Made by a program: the position numbers and the translations under genes. The notes below the pieces were generated by a model. It was given only the letters and a program-made list of their open reading frames with translations, was not told the DNA's origin and ran no database searches. Below, piece after piece: positions 23,337 through 25,406 of a stretch of 25,406 nucleotides of DNA (its first letter is position 1; the number at the start of each line of letters is the position of its first letter). Source of the stretch: Mucilaginibacter gynuensis (GTDB lineage Bacteria > Bacteroidota > Bacteroidia > Sphingobacteriales > Sphingobacteriaceae); contig NZ_BAABFT010000031.1 in assembly GCF_039541195.1 (NCBI RefSeq), forward strand, positions 1 to 25,406. The letters run 5' to 3'.

Positions 23337-25406
23337 GTGCAAAAAATCTACCTTACCATTTTCCTGTTATCAGCCGGCTTAACAGCATCGGCACAAACCA
23401 ACAAAACACTTAAAGCCGACACGGGCGCCTTAAAGGGAGTAACCATTCGTGGCTATCTGTCGTCCGAGCAGCCTGTAATTACCGAGCCTGCATCTGTTGG
23501 GGTTATCGGTGCAAGCCAGCTACAAAGGCAGCCCGATAATTCTTTCATCCCGGCGCTGAACACCTTACCGGGCATACGTGCCGAAGAGCGTACACCGGGC
23601 AGTTACCGCCTGTCGATAAGGGGAAGTTTACTGCGCTCGCCGTTTGGGGTGCGTAATATTAAAATGTATTATGATGAAATTCCGCTTACCGATGCCGGGG
23701 GCAATACGTACCTCAACGCCATTGATGTAAGCAGTATACAAAATATAGAAGTACTGAAAGGGCCCGATGGCAGTTTATTCGGCGCTAACTCGGGTGGTGT
23801 GGTACTGTTAAACCCGTTGAGCCAAAGCAGTGAAGATTACCTGTCGGCCGGGATAAACGCGGGTTCGTATGGTTTGTTCCACCAAAAGGCAGGTTTGCAA
23901 AAAACGGTGGGCAACTACACGCTTAATCTTAACCAGGCTTATCAAAGTTATGGCGGTTACCGCGACCACAGCTATATGTACCGCCACTTTGTAAACATGG
24001 CCAACCGGTTTAAGTACGCAGGCAATAATGAGCTGCGTGCCTTGCTATTTTACTCCGACCTTAATTACCAAACTCCCGGCGGCCTCACCGAAGCACAGCG
24101 CGATGCCAACCCGAAAGCGGCACGCCCGTCAACGGCCTTAGTGCCGGGTGCTTTAGCCCAAAAGATAGGCATTCAGCAAAAAATGTATTACGGTGGCCTG
24201 GTAAATGAATGGCATTTGAATAATCGGATTCGCAATGTGGCCACCGTTTTTGGTAACCATGTTGATTTTGCCAATCCCTTCATCACCAACTATGAGCAGC
24301 GCAGCGAAAATACTTATGGCCTGCGTACTTATTTTGAACTGAACGGCATCCCGAAACAAAACCTCGACTGGAAGCTGAACTTGGGCGTGGAGTGGCAGCA
24401 AACCAACGCGCATATCCGCAACTATGATAACAATGGTGGCGAACGCGGCAATGCGCAGGCGCTCGACCAGATTAATACCAACCAGCATTTTATTTTCACC
24501 CGTTATGCTGCCACGTTTTACAAACGCTGGCAACTGGAAGCAGCACTTAGCTTAAATTACTATCAGTATAAATTTAAAAACGAATTTCCGCTTAACCAAA
24601 CAGGGTTTAATAAGCAAAGTTTTGATCCGCAGTTGATGCCGCGGGTAGCACTGTCATACAGCGTTACCAATAATTTTGTGTGGAGGGCATCGGTAAGTCG
24701 CGGGTACTCCACCCCAACTATTGCCGAAGTGCGCCCTACCAACAACATTGTAAATACCAACCTCACCGCCGAATACGGCTGGAATTACGAAACCGGTTTC
24801 AGGTTACGTAATAAAGATGAAAGCACATTTTTGGATGCCTCTGTTTTTTACTACCGATTGCAAAATGCCATTGTGGTGCGCCGGCTGGCCAACGAAACCG
24901 AATATTATACCAACGCGGGCGGTACCAATCAGCCGGGTTTTGAATTGTATTTCAGCAGTTGGCTGTACAGACAAACTACTGGTTTTGTGCGCGGCGTGCA
25001 GTTCAATACTTCGTATACATTCAGCCGCTTTACATTCAGGGATTACTCCGATGCCACAACCAATTACTCGGGCAAGCAGTTAACCGGTGTACCCCGCAAC
25101 GTAGTGGTGAGCAGTATACAGTTAAGAATGCCGCAAAATGTATCGCTATTTGTACAGCATAACTTTACCGACAGGCTGCCCCTTAACTATGGCAACACCG
25201 CCTTTGCCCCTCATTATCATTTGCTACAGGCAAAAGCCAGCTGGCAGATACTAACAGGCAAAACTCGTTTAGAAATATTCGCCGGAGCCGACAACCTGCT
25301 GAACCAAAAATACAGCCTCGGCAATGATTTAAACGCCGTAGGCAACCGCTACTATAACCCTGCGCCTATGCGTAATTTTAATACGGGAGTGAGTTTCTTG
25401 TTGTAG
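23337..25406 (+). CDS. TonB-dependent outer-membrane receptor
   Basis: 689 aa from GTG 23337. Signal peptide MQKIYLTIFLLSAGLTASAQ, plug motifs IEVLKGPDGSLFGANSGGVV, and a long beta-barrel with alternating aromatic strands. The stop falls exactly at the window end. Confidence 0.88.
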   Translation: MQKIYLTIFLLSAGLTASAQTNKTLKADTGALKGVTIRGYLSSEQPVITEPASVGVIGASQLQRQPDNSFIPALNTLPGIRAEERTPGSYRLSIRGSLLRSPFGVRNIKMYYDEIPLTDAGGNTYLNAIDVSSIQNIEVLKGPDGSLFGANSGGVVLLNPLSQSSEDYLSAGINAGSYGLFHQKAGLQKTVGNYTLNLNQAYQSYGGYRDHSYMYRHFVNMANRFKYAGNNELRALLFYSDLNYQTPGGLTEAQRDANPKAARPSTALVPGALAQKIGIQQKMYYGGLVNEWHLNNRIRNVATVFGNHVDFANPFITNYEQRSENTYGLRTYFELNGIPKQNLDWKLNLGVEWQQTNAHIRNYDNNGGERGNAQALDQINTNQHFIFTRYAATFYKRWQLEAALSLNYYQYKFKNEFPLNQTGFNKQSFDPQLMPRVALSYSVTNNFVWRASVSRGYSTPTIAEVRPTNNIVNTNLTAEYGWNYETGFRLRNKDESTFLDASVFYYRLQNAIVVRRLANETEYYTNAGGTNQPGFELYFSSWLYRQTTGFVRGVQFNTSYTFSRFTFRDYSDATTNYSGKQLTGVPRNVVVSSIQLRMPQNVSLFVQHNFTDRLPLNYGNTAFAPHYHLLQAKASWQILTGKTRLEIFAGADNLLNQKYSLGNDLNAVGNRYYNPAPMRNFNTGVSFLL

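Overview
This window looks like an ordinary chromosomal region of a Bacteroidota (Sphingobacteriia-like) genome. That taxon call is an inference from three things: Bacteroidota-typical gene orders (rpmB-rpmG-DUF4295-ftsY-rimO and parA-parB-DUF5683-dapB-lepB), bshC, and T9SS type-B C-terminal sorting domains together with TTTG/TAnnTTTG-style promoters. Most of the window is housekeeping: acs, two ribosomal protein genes, ftsY, rimO, bshC, lepB, dapB, parAB, an FMN reductase, a PQQ-type sugar dehydrogenase lipoprotein and a TonB-dependent receptor.

Four places are not explained by housekeeping annotation:
1. An 842-bp insert between ftsY and rimO. It carries an intact PD-(D/E)XK GxxExxY ORF bracketed by inverted 14-mers, followed by an ~87-bp tandem array built from ATCGGTGAAATC/GAAATC motifs that runs right up to the rimO start codon.
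2. Three tandem ~650-aa paralogues (15.5-21.8 kb). Each has a signal peptide, an unassigned Cys-containing ~200-aa N-terminal module ending GNDxxLDDI(T/S)FRAC, Ig-like repeats, and a T9SS type-B CTD. Each has its own similarly built promoter, and there is no adjacent PorP/SprF-like partner.
3. A compact opposite-strand mini-gene (strong SD, 20-codon hydrophobic ORF, hairpin plus T-tract) between two of the paralogues.
4. A ~470-bp GC-rich stretch with no credible ORF, next to an AT-rich orphan gene pair.

I saw no CRISPR array, transposase, integrase, tRNA or rRNA. All functional calls rest on motif and family recognition by eye; no searches were run.
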